Shown: positions 9,271 to 20,331 of the stretch, piece by piece
Numbering within the stretch: position 1 is the first letter of the stretch
Layout: each line of letters opens with the position of its first letter
Source of the DNA: a virus
Virus genome (UHGV): UHGV-0278542
Direction: 5' to 3' (one strand)
DNA: 44,996 bases
Position numbers and translations under genes: made by a program
Notes under the pieces: model-generated
What the model was told of the DNA's origin: nothing
The model's input: only the letters and a program-made list of their open reading frames with translations
The model's database searches: none

Positions 9271-9729
9271 ATGAAGAAATCATATATTCGTTATGCCATT
9301 CCTATTGTCTCCTCTTGGCTATTCTTAGCTTCGGCGTATGGAGAAGAAGGACTTATTCCACCAGATCATGTCACCAAGGAAGCTGAGATTGCTTGCATTG
9401 GGTTGGCTCAAAAATACGCTTCTGAATCAAGAAGATTTAACCCTGATGACATGAAAAAATTCGTCATGGAACAAGCGAATGATTGTCGAGTTTTTTTGTC
9501 ATACTCAATCTTCAAGCCCAATACTGCAAGCATAATTTTAGATAAGATTGAATCTGACTATGGTCGTTTTACTCCAGATGTATCCGAGGAAGAGGCCAAG
9601 TTCAGAGACTATTTTCACAAGAACATCATGTCAGGTGCACAAGAAGCAGCTAAAGATAAGGCTTTTAGAGATGAAATGGTAACACTTGGAGGTTTTGCCA
9701 TTGCTTCGCCATCCCATCGCAACTTTTAA
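9271..9729 (+). CDS. Hypothetical secreted protein (N-terminal signal-peptide-like segment)
   Basis: 152-aa ORF; N-terminus MKKSYIRYAIPIVSSWLFLASAYG; AAGGA RBS; convergent with the tape-measure gene. Confidence 0.5.
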   Translation: MKKSYIRYAIPIVSSWLFLASAYGEEGLIPPDHVTKEAEIACIGLAQKYASESRRFNPDDMKKFVMEQANDCRVFLSYSIFKPNTASIILDKIESDYGRFTPDVSEEEAKFRDYFHKNIMSGAQEAAKDKAFRDEMVTLGGFAIASPSHRNF

Positions 9730-11505
9730 CTATCTAACACCACTTGAAAATGCCTGATTTACTGATGATCTGCGATTCAACTCCTTAAATCCTTCGGTTA
9801 ATTTTGAGGATTGATCCGTTTTGGCAATTACCTTTACCTCTCCTATGTGCTGGCTGTTGTAATTGTTAACAACGCTTTGGGCATAGGATTGGTTTGCAGA
9901 TCCATTAGCCAATCTTTGCTGGGTTTGGTAGTACGCGGCATTGCTATTTTTCGTTGGGTTACCATAATCAAGACCCCGCCTCCAATTTGAATAACCTTCA
10001 TGTCGTGCCATGTAGGAACTTAATTTAGCCATAACAGACGGGTCTGAAAGGTCGAGTTTTTCATTTGCATCAACCCCCATTGCCTTAGAAACTTGCTTTA
10101 TGTATGAGGCGGTATCGTTTTCTGAAGGTGGAGCCCATTTCGTAATAATACCGTTTATAGTGTTAAGTTTATCTCTTGTGTAATACAGAGATAATTGCCT
10201 TCTTGCTGCTTCCCATCCTGACTCATCATCAGTGTACTTCGCAAACCCTCCAGAATCCCTACCGGCATTACCTTTAGTTCTAAGATTTAATGGGTTGAAG
10301 TTTCTATCCGCTCTTGTTTTCCCTGATGGATTTGTTGGTACATCCTGATTTGGATCTTCATATTCAATATTGAATAATCTTTCGAACCAGTGCTGCTGAA
10401 AAAACCAAGGCCTTTGTGCATCAGGAACATCTTTATACTGGTCTTGTACCATCTGCCCAAAAATACCAACAGCACCGATTAATCCCAGCTTGCTTCCTAA
10501 CCCCTTGCCGCTAAGAAGGGCCATGGCAGCAAGAATGCCCAATGCGTTTCCAGCGCCACCAACGGCTTTAACAAAACCATCAATACCTGTACTCAGGTTC
10601 CTGAAGAACCCAACAATGTCACCCTTGTTGTTTTTCAGCCACTCTAAAAACTCCTGTTCTGCTTTAAGCACTTCAGGGCCAAATGTAGCCATTAATTCTT
10701 GTTTAACCTGAGCAAATTGCGAGTCAAGGGCTTTAGTCGTAGCAAGAATATTACGCTGTGCTTCTTCCTGCTCTTTGGTCATCTGCCATCGTTTTTCTTC
10801 CTCAGATACCATCTGCACAGCTTTTCCGCTTTTAATATCCCCGGCAAGATTAGGGTCATAACCAAAAGCAGAAAGCACTTGCATTAACTGTTTCTCGTTA
10901 TGGTTCTTCCCATATTTCTGAAATTCCGCCAGAGCATCTTCAGATTTACCTCCAAGCTTACTAATATCAATGCCTGTTCTCGCTCCAGTTGTTAGTAAAT
11001 TCTGAGCCTCCGGTGTAAGTCCGCCGAAAATTGTTGGGTCTTCTATATTGGCAAGCGCCATCCTGGCGCTCATCTGAGCCCCAAGGAACGCGCCGCCGTT
11101 CTGACCAATTCGGGAGAATCCATACTGAGTACCAAGAACGTTACTGGCGCTTGTTCCAAGCATTCTCCCCATATTACTGGCTCTTACAATTGACTCCGAA
11201 GTACTTTCAAATGCACGGTGAATGCCAATTGCTACGGCAGTCAACACACCGCCAACAGCCACAAAGCGTGTCGAAAGCCCCAAAAAACCATTAAATGAAG
11301 CAGTCAACCCTTTCATTGCAACAGCAGCTTTGTCGGTCTCCTTAGCCGTTTTGGACATTGAGGAGGTTGTTGACCTTTCTATCGCAGATGAAGATCTCTC
11401 TATTTCGTTTTTAAGGTCTTGTGCTTCCTGCTTTACTTTCCGTTTTCCATTCAGGAATTCATCGGCCTTAATTGTGACCTTGTAGGCCAACTCATTGATA
11501 ATCAT
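9730..11505 (-). CDS. Tail tape-measure protein, putative
   Basis: 591-aa ORF after two small chaperone-like ORFs and downstream of sheath/tube genes; coiled-coil N-terminal half. Confidence 0.55.
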   Translation of the reverse strand: MIINELAYKVTIKADEFLNGKRKVKQEAQDLKNEIERSSSAIERSTTSSMSKTAKETDKAAVAMKGLTASFNGFLGLSTRFVAVGGVLTAVAIGIHRAFESTSESIVRASNMGRMLGTSASNVLGTQYGFSRIGQNGGAFLGAQMSARMALANIEDPTIFGGLTPEAQNLLTTGARTGIDISKLGGKSEDALAEFQKYGKNHNEKQLMQVLSAFGYDPNLAGDIKSGKAVQMVSEEEKRWQMTKEQEEAQRNILATTKALDSQFAQVKQELMATFGPEVLKAEQEFLEWLKNNKGDIVGFFRNLSTGIDGFVKAVGGAGNALGILAAMALLSGKGLGSKLGLIGAVGIFGQMVQDQYKDVPDAQRPWFFQQHWFERLFNIEYEDPNQDVPTNPSGKTRADRNFNPLNLRTKGNAGRDSGGFAKYTDDESGWEAARRQLSLYYTRDKLNTINGIITKWAPPSENDTASYIKQVSKAMGVDANEKLDLSDPSVMAKLSSYMARHEGYSNWRRGLDYGNPTKNSNAAYYQTQQRLANGSANQSYAQSVVNNYNSQHIGEVKVIAKTDQSSKLTEGFKELNRRSSVNQAFSSGVR

Positions 11506-11720
11506 CGCTGCTCCTGATGTTTATTCCAGACCCGCTTGTTAAATGATTCCACCGAGATAATTTCCAGAAGGTTATACATATCACGAACAGATAACCGTTC
11601 CTGCAAATCGGTATAAGTGGCTTTTCCTGAACAGATAATGGCGTTCATTGATGGTGTGACGTTTACGGGGCTAACGAGTTTTGCCGGAAGAGTCTCCTCC
11701 TCCATGAACGGGTACTTCAC
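11502..11720 (-). CDS. Tail assembly protein, putative (start uncertain)
   Basis: 72-aa ORF between the chaperone-like gene and the tape-measure gene. Confidence 0.35.
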   Translation of the reverse strand: MKYPFMEEETLPAKLVSPVNVTPSMNAIICSGKATYTDLQERLSVRDMYNLLEIISVESFNKRVWNKHQEQR

Positions 11721-12124
11721 TCTCCGGCGATCGTTAAAAAATCAAAATTAACTTTAAATACCTTATCCATTACCTGACGAATGGTTGATACCTCTTCAAA
11801 GTCGACAGGCTTCACGGTTCGCACCTGTCTGCTGCCTTCGTGTGTAATCACAATTTGCACAGTTGACATCAGGCGTTCACGAAGTTTTCTGGCGACTTCC
11901 GGCGATGCGGCAGAAAGAACATTCAGACCAAGGGTGGCAAGGCCAGCGCACCCCATGGCAATCACATCAGCAGGGATACCAGAGAATCCCGATTCCCCCA
12001 TGGAGCGGAATAAATCCTGTGCCAGTTCGTCGGCATCCCATGCCGACATCTCTGTGATAATGAACTCTTTCCCATTGTCGCGATTATCGTCTTCCACGAT
12101 AAAGGGGATTTCTTTACGTGCCAT
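11717..12124 (-). CDS. Tail assembly chaperone, putative
   Basis: 135-aa acidic ORF directly upstream of the tape-measure region. Confidence 0.45.
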   Translation of the reverse strand: MARKEIPFIVEDDNRDNGKEFIITEMSAWDADELAQDLFRSMGESGFSGIPADVIAMGCAGLATLGLNVLSAASPEVARKLRERLMSTVQIVITHEGSRQVRTVKPVDFEEVSTIRQVMDKVFKVNFDFLTIAGE

Positions 12125-12558
12125 CAGATAGTGCTCCGTGTTACAGACTCAAAGTGAAATACTGCCGGGCGTGGTTTCAGTACGCGCCGACCCGGAGGGG
12201 TTGGAGTCCATGTATAAAGAACCCCGTTCACAAAATTCCACTTCGCGCCGAGAGCTGGAACTGTAAGCACCGCATTACACTGAAACGCTGAAATTGCGGT
12301 TCTCTCCGCTGCATACCAGTCATCAATCAGCGAGCCAGCATTGGATGTTGGCATCAGGTTGATGGTGAACTCTGTCGGGTTAAAGATAAAACCAGCATGG
12401 TATTTACCGTCCGCTGACATCATGTCTTCTTTGTTCTGTAACGCACCAGTTTCAAACATGTTATCAGCTGCGTAGTCGTCAACATCAAAACCGCCAGGGT
12501 AGTAAGCGGGCACGACGATTCGCAGCTTACTGTTTGCCGAGGTAATATCGATAGGCAT
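12124..12558 (-). CDS. Tail tube protein, putative
   Basis: 144-aa ORF immediately downstream of the sheath-like gene. Confidence 0.5.
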   Translation of the reverse strand: MPIDITSANSKLRIVVPAYYPGGFDVDDYAADNMFETGALQNKEDMMSADGKYHAGFIFNPTEFTINLMPTSNAGSLIDDWYAAERTAISAFQCNAVLTVPALGAKWNFVNGVLYTWTPTPPGRRVLKPRPAVFHFESVTRSTI

Positions 12559-12569
12559 GATTTATTCCC

Positions 12570-14060
12570 TTATAAAATCGCGGTTGAGGACATCGTGATG
12601 GACTGAATAAGTTGCCCATCGACATAATAAAAAATGACACCTTTCAGATCTCGCTCAATGCGTGCAGAGCCTGACTGTGTCGGGATGTACAGGAACCAGC
12701 CCTGTGAATACAGCGTCGATGAGATATCTTTTCCAACTGTGTTATTCACAATTCTGGTTTGCGCATTATCAAGTTTCACGCCACGCTGAATAGCCCCGAA
12801 ATTGAGAGCCTGTTCAGCAACATCAATAACAGCGGCAGACACTGCGCCGTATCCTGTCTCATTGAACGGGTAAGACTGATTATTGGTGAACAGGTTGGCA
12901 AAAGCACTAACCAGATTGGCATTAATCCATACCTGATTAATAAAACTGTCCAGCCATACAAACTTGCCAGTAATGGCACCATCAGATGCGTACTGCGCCA
13001 TTGTTTTGTTCAGGCTGTATGAGCCGTAGAAGTTGTAACCATTTGACTTCAGTGCCTGAGCGGTCGCCAGATCGCTTACGTTGGGTGCTAACCCTGAAAA
13101 TCCACGGAACTTGAACGAGATACGCCCACTGGTGCGTGCAAAATCCACGGATGCAGCATATGCCAGTGCTGTAACGCCATACAGGTATGTTCCGTACACC
13201 GGAAAAATGTTCTCGTAGCCATTTGCCACAACCACTTTCTGCACAAAGCAATTGGCATTATTGGCTACCGTTCCTGCTGAAGTGGTGTCGTGAACAACAT
13301 ATCCAAACCGGTTTTTACTGCTGCTTGCCCATGCGCACAATTCTGTTTTCTGGTCATCGGTCAGTTCGACCAGCGAGTTAAACAGGATCCAGTTCTGGTT
13401 GACGTTGATGATGTTGTTCATCGTGTCTGTCAGCGTTACCGCATCAGAACCCGGTGATACAATCGCTGCGGAATCCTGCGTCAGTAACAACCCGGTAGCC
13501 AGAGCGCCAGCAGAAGCATAAGACACTTCACTCTCTGCGCCAGTAGTGGCAGAGCGAATGATGAATCGGTTAGCGATTGGCAACCATTCAACCACCACCT
13601 TGCTTGCACCAATTCCAACCTGCAACTTGGACGCAATGTCACTAAAACTTGTGGCTGTGGACAAATCAATTGATGTGCTGGTAGTCGACTCACCGTCAAT
13701 GGAAAGGGTGATTGTTCCTGCTGGAATCGCTTTCAGTGTTGCCAGGGCAACACCTTTCAGGTTGCCGGACAGAAGATACCCAGCCACTGGTGAAGTAACA
13801 ATACGATACATCAGCAGTTCACCAGGAATAACGGATGAATTTTCGTATCCGTTAAAATACTGTTGTGCTGCGAGGAATTCTTTCGATTCACTCCCCATCA
13901 AAGCTGATACATCAGATGAGGAGTAATAAGATTGTACCGCGCCAACCGGGATAAGCTCGTTATCGGTCAACATCAGGCCGTTAGCATCAACCGCAGAACC
14001 GGCAGGCGTAACGACATTGGGCGTGATATTAAAATCTACAGATAAAGGGATTGTGCTCAT
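12570..14060 (-). CDS. Tail sheath protein, putative (Mu gpL-like size)
   Basis: 496-aa ORF followed by tube-like gene and tape measure; implies a contractile tail. Confidence 0.5.
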   Translation of the reverse strand: MSTIPLSVDFNITPNVVTPAGSAVDANGLMLTDNELIPVGAVQSYYSSSDVSALMGSESKEFLAAQQYFNGYENSSVIPGELLMYRIVTSPVAGYLLSGNLKGVALATLKAIPAGTITLSIDGESTTSTSIDLSTATSFSDIASKLQVGIGASKVVVEWLPIANRFIIRSATTGAESEVSYASAGALATGLLLTQDSAAIVSPGSDAVTLTDTMNNIINVNQNWILFNSLVELTDDQKTELCAWASSSKNRFGYVVHDTTSAGTVANNANCFVQKVVVANGYENIFPVYGTYLYGVTALAYAASVDFARTSGRISFKFRGFSGLAPNVSDLATAQALKSNGYNFYGSYSLNKTMAQYASDGAITGKFVWLDSFINQVWINANLVSAFANLFTNNQSYPFNETGYGAVSAAVIDVAEQALNFGAIQRGVKLDNAQTRIVNNTVGKDISSTLYSQGWFLYIPTQSGSARIERDLKGVIFYYVDGQLIQSITMSSTAIL

Positions 14061-14605
14061 GGGCGGTTATCCACCTGTTCAGTTGAAATTTCTGCTTTGT
14101 CGAAATAGTCCTGCTGGAACGACACGGTGATGTGTGCTTGCAGGGAAAGAGTTAACGTGTAACGCTCCTGCCACTGACTCTCGGCGTTGATCATCGGCGC
14201 CTGAATGGCAGGAGATGAGTAAAGCGGTGCAAGCCGTGCATCAATAGCCTTGATGATGTCGTAGCCATATCCACTGGTGAATGTTGTTTCCAGTGCAATA
14301 GCTCTATCCCCTGCACCTTGACCATAGACATCCACCTGAATATCAGCCTGGCGAACTTCCGTATACCCCATTGCGCTTGTGTCCGGAGAGCCGGTATCTT
14401 GTTTAAGCTCTCTCGTCGTGGATAGCCTGGGGAATCGCAAAGGAGTCAGGATGCAGAACTGATCTTTGGGCATTGGTACACGGTTAGCCTGAGCCTGCAG
14501 GCATTTACCAGCGATAGGTTCTATGTAGCCAGCAAGTACATCGATAATATTATCGACAGTGAAATCATTCATGGGCTTACCTGCAACACGGCAATCAGCC
14601 GGCAC
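14057..14605 (-). CDS. Head-tail joining/completion protein, hypothetical
   Basis: 182-aa ORF in the head-tail connector block. Confidence 0.4.
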   Translation of the reverse strand: MPADCRVAGKPMNDFTVDNIIDVLAGYIEPIAGKCLQAQANRVPMPKDQFCILTPLRFPRLSTTRELKQDTGSPDTSAMGYTEVRQADIQVDVYGQGAGDRAIALETTFTSGYGYDIIKAIDARLAPLYSSPAIQAPMINAESQWQERYTLTLSLQAHITVSFQQDYFDKAEISTEQVDNRP

Positions 14606-14946
14606 CAGTCAGGCCACAACTCTATTGGCTCAACAACAAGCCATTGCTCCCCGTTAATCACGAAGATATCTCCGCCCTGCTCCAGTTCTCGCTGCACACT
14701 GAAGTAATTACCATTGACGTAAATCACTTTTGCCAGCCCCTGAATATTCAATCCATCGACGTGTTGCATGTCGCCGCGACTGATTGGCTGTAGTTGAATG
14801 GTAACGTTCTGGTCAGGGAGATAAGACGGAATCGGCTTGCGACCGGGGCCGATAGTTTCACCTGCATACTTTTTCAGGATTGCCGGGATGTTGGGGTTAA
14901 TGCTTGTGATCGCGTTATTGGCTATCTGTCGAAGATTCAATTTCAC
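14569..14946 (-). CDS. Head-tail joining protein, hypothetical
   Basis: 125-aa ORF in the connector block. Confidence 0.4.
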   Translation of the reverse strand: MKLNLRQIANNAITSINPNIPAILKKYAGETIGPGRKPIPSYLPDQNVTIQLQPISRGDMQHVDGLNIQGLAKVIYVNGNYFSVQRELEQGGDIFVINGEQWLVVEPIELWPDWCRLIAVLQVSP

Positions 14947-15481
14947 CTACCTCATAATCAACAGCCCTTAACATGTCCCCGGTCCATATGAGAGGCTTGT
15001 TGTTGCTCATATCAACATCAACCTTTTTCACCGGACCGAAATAGCCCGGACCACCAAAAACATCTTCTCTGGCCTTCACTACATCCCACTTAGTCATTTC
15101 CGCCCTGTTATTAGGGAATCTACTTCTTAGAAGTACTGTTACCGGGCTTAATGGCGGCTCTTGAATAGTTCGAATGGATTCCTGAATGTCTGCTTTTATG
15201 ATCTCGCCGATAAGATTCAGAACAGTATCCGTATCTCCGTCATGCGATTTCATGAGCTTTTCGACCTTTTCTGACCACTCTTCAGATTTAGAAGCTATAG
15301 CATTCCTGAAGAATGGCCTTGGCGGACTTCCACTTGCCGGGTTACCAAATTCGTTAGATGCTGCAACCATTGGCATAGAAGTACCATCCGGATAGGTGGC
15401 ATCTTCAAGAAACCCGACCTTCAATTGCTTTGAGGACAACTCACTACCAACTGAATCAAGGAACTCCATCACCTTATCCAT
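14915..15481 (-). CDS. Head-tail joining protein, hypothetical
   Basis: 188-aa ORF in the connector block. Confidence 0.4.
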   Translation of the reverse strand: MDKVMEFLDSVGSELSSKQLKVGFLEDATYPDGTSMPMVAASNEFGNPASGSPPRPFFRNAIASKSEEWSEKVEKLMKSHDGDTDTVLNLIGEIIKADIQESIRTIQEPPLSPVTVLLRSRFPNNRAEMTKWDVVKAREDVFGGPGYFGPVKKVDVDMSNNKPLIWTGDMLRAVDYEVGEIESSTDSQ

Positions 15482-15912
15482 CAGTACCTCCGGTAATACC
15501 CATACGGGTAATTTGATGGAGAATGCCCGCTTATATACTGGAAGGTGCGAAACGGCGCCGTAGCATTCCAGTAATCAGCCCCGTACTTTGTTTGCATGTA
15601 CCATGCTGAATTTGCTGTTCCCCCTGGCATATCGGCATGAACGCTAACCGAACCCTCTGAAGCACTGTCGATTCTTCCAACCAATCCGGATGGAGACTGC
15701 CCATTTGCTCCTGAATACAAACAGGCGATATGGGCAACCAGCATACTCAGCAGCATTGAGCGTACAGCCAAATCCGACACACGACTTGAGTCTGTGTTAT
15801 CGAGATAAATGGTTGCTTGCGTGAAATACTGCTGAAGAAGTGCGTCGTCGACAGATGAGAATTCAGGATAGCGTAGCTTAAATGCGGAGGGGTCAAATAT
15901 TACGACGCCCAT
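15481..15912 (-). CDS. Head-tail connector protein, hypothetical
   Basis: 143-aa ORF in the connector block. Confidence 0.4.
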   Translation of the reverse strand: MGVVIFDPSAFKLRYPEFSSVDDALLQQYFTQATIYLDNTDSSRVSDLAVRSMLLSMLVAHIACLYSGANGQSPSGLVGRIDSASEGSVSVHADMPGGTANSAWYMQTKYGADYWNATAPFRTFQYISGHSPSNYPYGYYRRY

Positions 15913-16271
15913 TTGCTGCTCCCGCTATTTTTTGTCAGCCTTTTTACGCCCGGAGCCGGATTTTCCGGGTCAAGGCCTTCGAGGCCAGTTTTTGATTCTT
16001 TCAGATCTTTACCCTGCGCATTCAGACTGCGAATATCTTTCTGAATGAAGATTGCATTGTTCTGAATATACGCGGCATCCTTATAGGTCTCGATGAACTT
16101 ATCCATGAAGTCTTTCTCGACCATGGTAACTCCGAAAGCCCCCTCAGGAATTGCACCATCAAGACCACGGAGGGCGGTTGTTGCCGCCCCGTTCAGGATT
16201 ACTGTTTTGCCATCCAGAGTTACCTGAAGGCCATTTGGCAATTTGCAGCCAACGCTTACCATTTCTGCCAT
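15900..16271 (-). CDS. Head-associated protein, hypothetical
   Basis: 123-aa ORF directly downstream of the major capsid gene. Confidence 0.4.
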   Translation of the reverse strand: MAEMVSVGCKLPNGLQVTLDGKTVILNGAATTALRGLDGAIPEGAFGVTMVEKDFMDKFIETYKDAAYIQNNAIFIQKDIRSLNAQGKDLKESKTGLEGLDPENPAPGVKRLTKNSGSSKWAS

Positions 16272-16274
16272 GAA

Positions 16275-17315
16275 TTAAACTCCCAACATGCTTGCAAATG
16301 CCAGCGGCTGGCGAATGATTGCGCCCCAGGTGCCACCGGTTTTCTTTTGTTTGTACGCGGACAGCTCAACAACAACCGGATGCGCACGCATTTTTTCGGT
16401 AAATGCGCAGTAGCCGGTGTCCTGACCATCCAGATCGTCGGCAATCAACTGAACCAGTTCGCCGGATTCGGTTTTGTACTCAACAGCAGTGACAACACGC
16501 AGGTTCGGGAAGTTTTTCTTCAGCTGATCAGACACGTTGACGTTGTACATGTTGGTCTTGGTCAGATTTGCTTCTGACTCTGGAGACATCGCCAGCGTCA
16601 TTTTGCTATCCCGCTCAACGTACCCCTTGGTCTGCTTCACTAACTGCATGTAAAGAGCCTGAATATCGTCATACACCGCCTGACCGTCTTTAGTTGCCCA
16701 GGTAGTTCCACTGCCAGTACCCGTTGCGCCCGGGGTGATTGATGCCGGAAGGTTAGGGTCATTCAGAATTCCGTAGTTCTTCAGACCAGCAACGCCGAAG
16801 AAGTAGGACTTGTTCTGAAACTTATTCAGGGTCAGCGCAGAAGCCGTATTCAGTTGTTGAGCCCATGCAATGCGGCCTTCACCGTAACGGTCAAGTTCCA
16901 GCTCACCCCACTGAGTAATGGTCTGGTACAGATAGGACTCACGAGCAACCCAGTTGACGTTAGCATTTACCTGCCCATTATTGTTGTAGTCACCATAACT
17001 GGAAACCTGACCCGTTGATTCCACAACCGGGAATTGTGCGGTCATGGTGGTCCAGTCTCCCTTCTTCGTTTCCCCCAGAATTTCCACCGCTTTCATCGGA
17101 GTGACAAGGATGCGAATCAGTTCCGGGTCAACGTAATTAGTGAAGTACCATGGAATGCCAGAGTTACTGGTTGTTACCAGTGAAGGCTGAGAATCCATTG
17201 CATAGGAATAGCTATTAGCAACAGCATCCGTCAGATAGGCTTTGGCTTCCGGAAGGATTACACCGTAATCTCGCTCAGCCATAGCTTTATGTTGTAAAAA
17301 TTCTGCGTTATTCAT
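16275..17315 (-). CDS. Major capsid protein, putative
   Basis: 346-aa ORF following scaffold and decoration-like genes. Confidence 0.6.
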   Translation of the reverse strand: MNNAEFLQHKAMAERDYGVILPEAKAYLTDAVANSYSYAMDSQPSLVTTSNSGIPWYFTNYVDPELIRILVTPMKAVEILGETKKGDWTTMTAQFPVVESTGQVSSYGDYNNNGQVNANVNWVARESYLYQTITQWGELELDRYGEGRIAWAQQLNTASALTLNKFQNKSYFFGVAGLKNYGILNDPNLPASITPGATGTGSGTTWATKDGQAVYDDIQALYMQLVKQTKGYVERDSKMTLAMSPESEANLTKTNMYNVNVSDQLKKNFPNLRVVTAVEYKTESGELVQLIADDLDGQDTGYCAFTEKMRAHPVVVELSAYKQKKTGGTWGAIIRQPLAFASMLGV

Positions 17316-17318
17316 GTA

Positions 17319-17798
17319 TTAGCTCCAGGTGCCCATCTGAATCAATTCGCCAGCCTCGCCAGCACTGCCAACAACAAATTTTGTTTCAACGTAATCCGAG
17401 ATTGACGCCCCGGCATCGCCAGCGGTAATGGTTCCATCTGACAGTTTGGCGAAAATCTTCTGCCCTACGGTTGCCGCACCGGCAGTTTTCACCCAGTAGT
17501 CGCCAGCAGTCATCAATGTCATCTGAACTCCAGGCTGAATAGTCATAGATGACTCACCAAGCCATGTGGTGACAGACGCCTGCCCTTCCCGATGAACGAA
17601 ACCGGCAGGAGCACCGGTTCCAGTGTTATTGACAACACCATTGCTTACCCATGCAAAGCGACCCACAACAACCCCATTTGCACCGGCAACAAGAGCGCCC
17701 TCACCTGCAAGAAGACTTGCTTTAGGGTTAGCCGAAGCGAAATCCCCTTCAACTCCCGGCGCCTGTTGCTGATTAATTACACTTTGAAAGCCACTCAT
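17319..17798 (-). CDS. Head decoration/structural protein, putative (Gly/Ala-rich)
   Basis: 159-aa ORF between scaffold and capsid genes. Confidence 0.45.
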   Translation of the reverse strand: MSGFQSVINQQQAPGVEGDFASANPKASLLAGEGALVAGANGVVVGRFAWVSNGVVNNTGTGAPAGFVHREGQASVTTWLGESSMTIQPGVQMTLMTAGDYWVKTAGAATVGQKIFAKLSDGTITAGDAGASISDYVETKFVVGSAGEAGELIQMGTWS

Positions 17799-17801
17799 TT
17801 C

Positions 17802-19106
17802 TTAGCTCCGTTTCAGTTTAGTTGCGCCAGGAAATGCCTTGGCGAAAGAATTGGTTGCGGCAGAATCCATACCCATACCATGAGATGGTTTGCGAACTAC
17901 CGCTTTCTGGCTGATAGCAAATTCAACCATCGATTTAAGTGCTGAAGGATGAACGCCTTTATGTTCGGCACCGATTGAATCAAGAGCAAAGCGATAAATA
18001 GACTCTGCGGAATCCATGGCGACCAGACTCACATCACCAACCAAAGCACGAACGCATTCTCTAGCCTCATTGGCTTGACGGATACGCCCCATCACATTCT
18101 CTTCAGCTTTTCGAATCAATGCGGCATCCATAGCTGCTTTATTCTCATCATCGTCTTCATCCTCGGCAGTCTTTTTATCCTTGCCGTCATCATCTTCGTC
18201 TTCCGCTTCTTTGCGGTCACGATCGCGATCCTTTCGCTCACGTTCTTCACGCTCTTTTAGTTCATCCTCTTCACGTTTCAGACGCTCTGCTTCTGACTCA
18301 TTATCTCTCTCGGCCTGAGTGGCTTCGTCTTCAACAACCTTTTGCACTTTCTTTTCCACTTCTTCTGGCTTCTCATCACTGGCCAGCATCGGCGTGATAA
18401 CTGCCATTAACTTTTTAGTAAGTTCTGACATTGATTTCATTCCTGTTGGTATTGAATCCCCGACAACAACGTCGGATCCGGCTCTTCCCTCTGTTACGAG
18501 AGCAACGTGGTTCCCGACGATATCGCGCATTACACCATCGTATGGCTGGCCTTCATGCACGCCGGGGGTCATGTCAGCTACATATCTGTAGGCCGACGAA
18601 AGTTCTTTCTTCTCGTCTGTCTCGATTCCAGCGATAGAATCTGCGTCCCATACGACAAGCGAGTTCTTGAGATAAGTCCCGTCAAACTCAGCATCAGTAC
18701 CAGTAGAACCAACCACAGCCATCTTCTGAGGGTCTGCGGCAGTAACCGGGATGTGTTCGTTAAGGAGCGGGATGTTGTTGAATGTCGATGCTGCTTTGGC
18801 TAACTCTTTCGGGTCGCGAAGCAGGTAGTAAACTTTGTCAGGCTGTAGGCCTAGCAATCTGGAATTTGGGATTTCACGACCATAGTAGGGGCAGACGTTA
18901 GCCTTGCTTATTGGCGTCACTTCGATGTGCAGGCGACCGTCCTTGTCAAAGGAGCGAACCGTTGCCCTGTCGAATGCCAAAGCGGAGTCGCCAGTGTAGC
19001 CATTAGCGTAAGCCGCTCGTTCCTGCTCTTCTGCCTCTTCTTTGGTTGGATAAACCTTGCCGTGATTTCCCCATTGCCAGCCGCCGTCAACTTTGCGTAC
19101 GGGCAT
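17802..19106 (-). CDS. Capsid scaffold/prohead protease-like protein, putative
   Basis: 434-aa ORF with an extremely acidic/charged coiled-coil central segment ([28 protein letters not shown]); lies between MuF-like and capsid genes. Confidence 0.5.
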   Translation of the reverse strand: MPVRKVDGGWQWGNHGKVYPTKEEAEEQERAAYANGYTGDSALAFDRATVRSFDKDGRLHIEVTPISKANVCPYYGREIPNSRLLGLQPDKVYYLLRDPKELAKAASTFNNIPLLNEHIPVTAADPQKMAVVGSTGTDAEFDGTYLKNSLVVWDADSIAGIETDEKKELSSAYRYVADMTPGVHEGQPYDGVMRDIVGNHVALVTEGRAGSDVVVGDSIPTGMKSMSELTKKLMAVITPMLASDEKPEEVEKKVQKVVEDEATQAERDNESEAERLKREEDELKEREERERKDRDRDRKEAEDEDDDGKDKKTAEDEDDDENKAAMDAALIRKAEENVMGRIRQANEARECVRALVGDVSLVAMDSAESIYRFALDSIGAEHKGVHPSALKSMVEFAISQKAVVRKPSHGMGMDSAATNSFAKAFPGATKLKRS

Positions 19107-19141
19107 GGATTTACCTTTCTTCAGGCAATAAAAAAGCCGCC

Positions 19142-19243
19142 TCAGCGACCGTTGTTTTTCTTCAATGCGGTTATTGTTAGAAGCGCTATAACCACGCCGC
19201 CAAATATCAATGTCAGGCCTAATGCCTTAAACACTTCAATCAT
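19142..19243 (-). CDS. Possible small membrane peptide (33 aa)
   Basis: ATG at 19243 with AGGA RBS; [33 protein letters not shown] is a single hydrophobic helix. Confidence 0.25.
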   Translation of the reverse strand: MIEVFKALGLTLIFGGVVIALLTITALKKNNGR

Positions 19244-19505
19244 TTTTTTCCTGGTCTGTATTTTCTTCGCCCAGACGTTTAAGTCCTGCGTCATCAACGA
19301 AGAATCTTTCGCCAAGCTGTCCATCAACCATCCACATTCCGGGAATTGGCTTTCTTTCGAAAAAGCCAGCGTGGTCCATCCTGGTCTCTATCAACTCCCC
19401 ATTTTCAGCGATGACCACAATTTCAACATCGATGTCAGTGACATCTACCGAAACCACTTTATTAACGCCGTACTGGTAGTTAAATACGCGAGAATGATTA
19501 GCCAT
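19236..19505 (-). CDS. Hypothetical protein (89 aa) inserted between head-morphogenesis and scaffold genes
   Basis: ORF with ATG at 19505, same strand as the head operon. Confidence 0.4.
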   Translation of the reverse strand: MANHSRVFNYQYGVNKVVSVDVTDIDVEIVVIAENGELIETRMDHAGFFERKPIPGMWMVDGQLGERFFVDDAGLKRLGEENTDQEKND

Positions 19506-19512
19506 TTTTTAC

Positions 19513-20331
19513 CTATTTATTTTGTAGTCCGGGGATGATTGGTGACCACGTGCACCGACAGTTGATAGCCTCGCCGGGTAACACCCATTCACCATCGAGA
19601 TACAGCCCCTTATCGAGGTCGAACTCTTTTCCATCTGCTTTCACGTGGGATGGCCTTGGTTGCTTCCCGGCGTGTGAGTGTCGCCAGATGCCTTTGGTGA
19701 TGCCTAACTTCTTCTGCCGCTCAGACTGAATTACCGCTGTAGCTTTGTTGTTCTGGTCGCGTGCAATCGTCTCGGCGCGTCTGCGAGTAATGCCATATCG
19801 CTTAACCAGTTCATCAGTGAGATAGCCAAGGTCACGACCACGGCTGACAGACTGCATGACTATCGTCTCAACCTGTGTGTGATAGTGTTCAGGTATGGAT
19901 TTAATCAGGTTGACGTTCTCGTTAATGACAGCCTGCATCACGTTTTTAATCTCGTCATTCATCGTGAACTTAACGGTAAAGCCGCCAGCCTTCAGCGCAG
20001 AATGAAGAGAGACATCAGTATTGCGCAGCGTCTTATCGACGAAGCGATCTGCCAGTTTCTTGGCAAGCTCATTGAACTTGCTTTCCCACTGCTTTCCGAG
20101 CTTAGCCAGCCTGCGCTTTAACTCATCTGCCGGACTGGCATCCATCGCCATGCTGTCTTTGTATGCAGCCTCAAGCCAGTACCGGTAAGACTTATTCATC
20201 TCACTGACCAACTTGAGAAGCTCAGATCGATACCACTCATGAACTCCGGCGTTAGCTCTGACTGGACGAAGGGTTTTCCGGGTCTTCGAATCCTTCTTCG
20301 ATGGACTCGTTTTCGTACTCTTCTTCGTCAT
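19513..20331 (-). CDS. Head morphogenesis protein, MuF/SPP1 gp7-like
   Basis: 272-aa ORF immediately after the portal gene; C-terminal HxH...NCRC motif typical of MuF-family minor head proteins. Confidence 0.6.
   Translation of the reverse strand: MTKKSTKTSPSKKDSKTRKTLRPVRANAGVHEWYRSELLKLVSEMNKSYRYWLEAAYKDSMAMDASPADELKRRLAKLGKQWESKFNELAKKLADRFVDKTLRNTDVSLHSALKAGGFTVKFTMNDEIKNVMQAVINENVNLIKSIPEHYHTQVETIVMQSVSRGRDLGYLTDELVKRYGITRRRAETIARDQNNKATAVIQSERQKKLGITKGIWRHSHAGKQPRPSHVKADGKEFDLDKGLYLDGEWVLPGEAINCRCTWSPIIPGLQNK

Noticed and set aside
10287-11485. Short ORFs on both strands inside the tape-measure gene
   Set aside because: Nested within or antisense to the 591-aa ORF; no independent support.
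12759-13926. ORFs inside or antisense to the sheath-like gene (12759-13022, 12776-12982, 12982-13251, 13187-13381, 13481-13699, 13546-13926)
   Set aside because: Overlap the 496-aa ORF, which has the coherent start/stop coupling with its neighbours.
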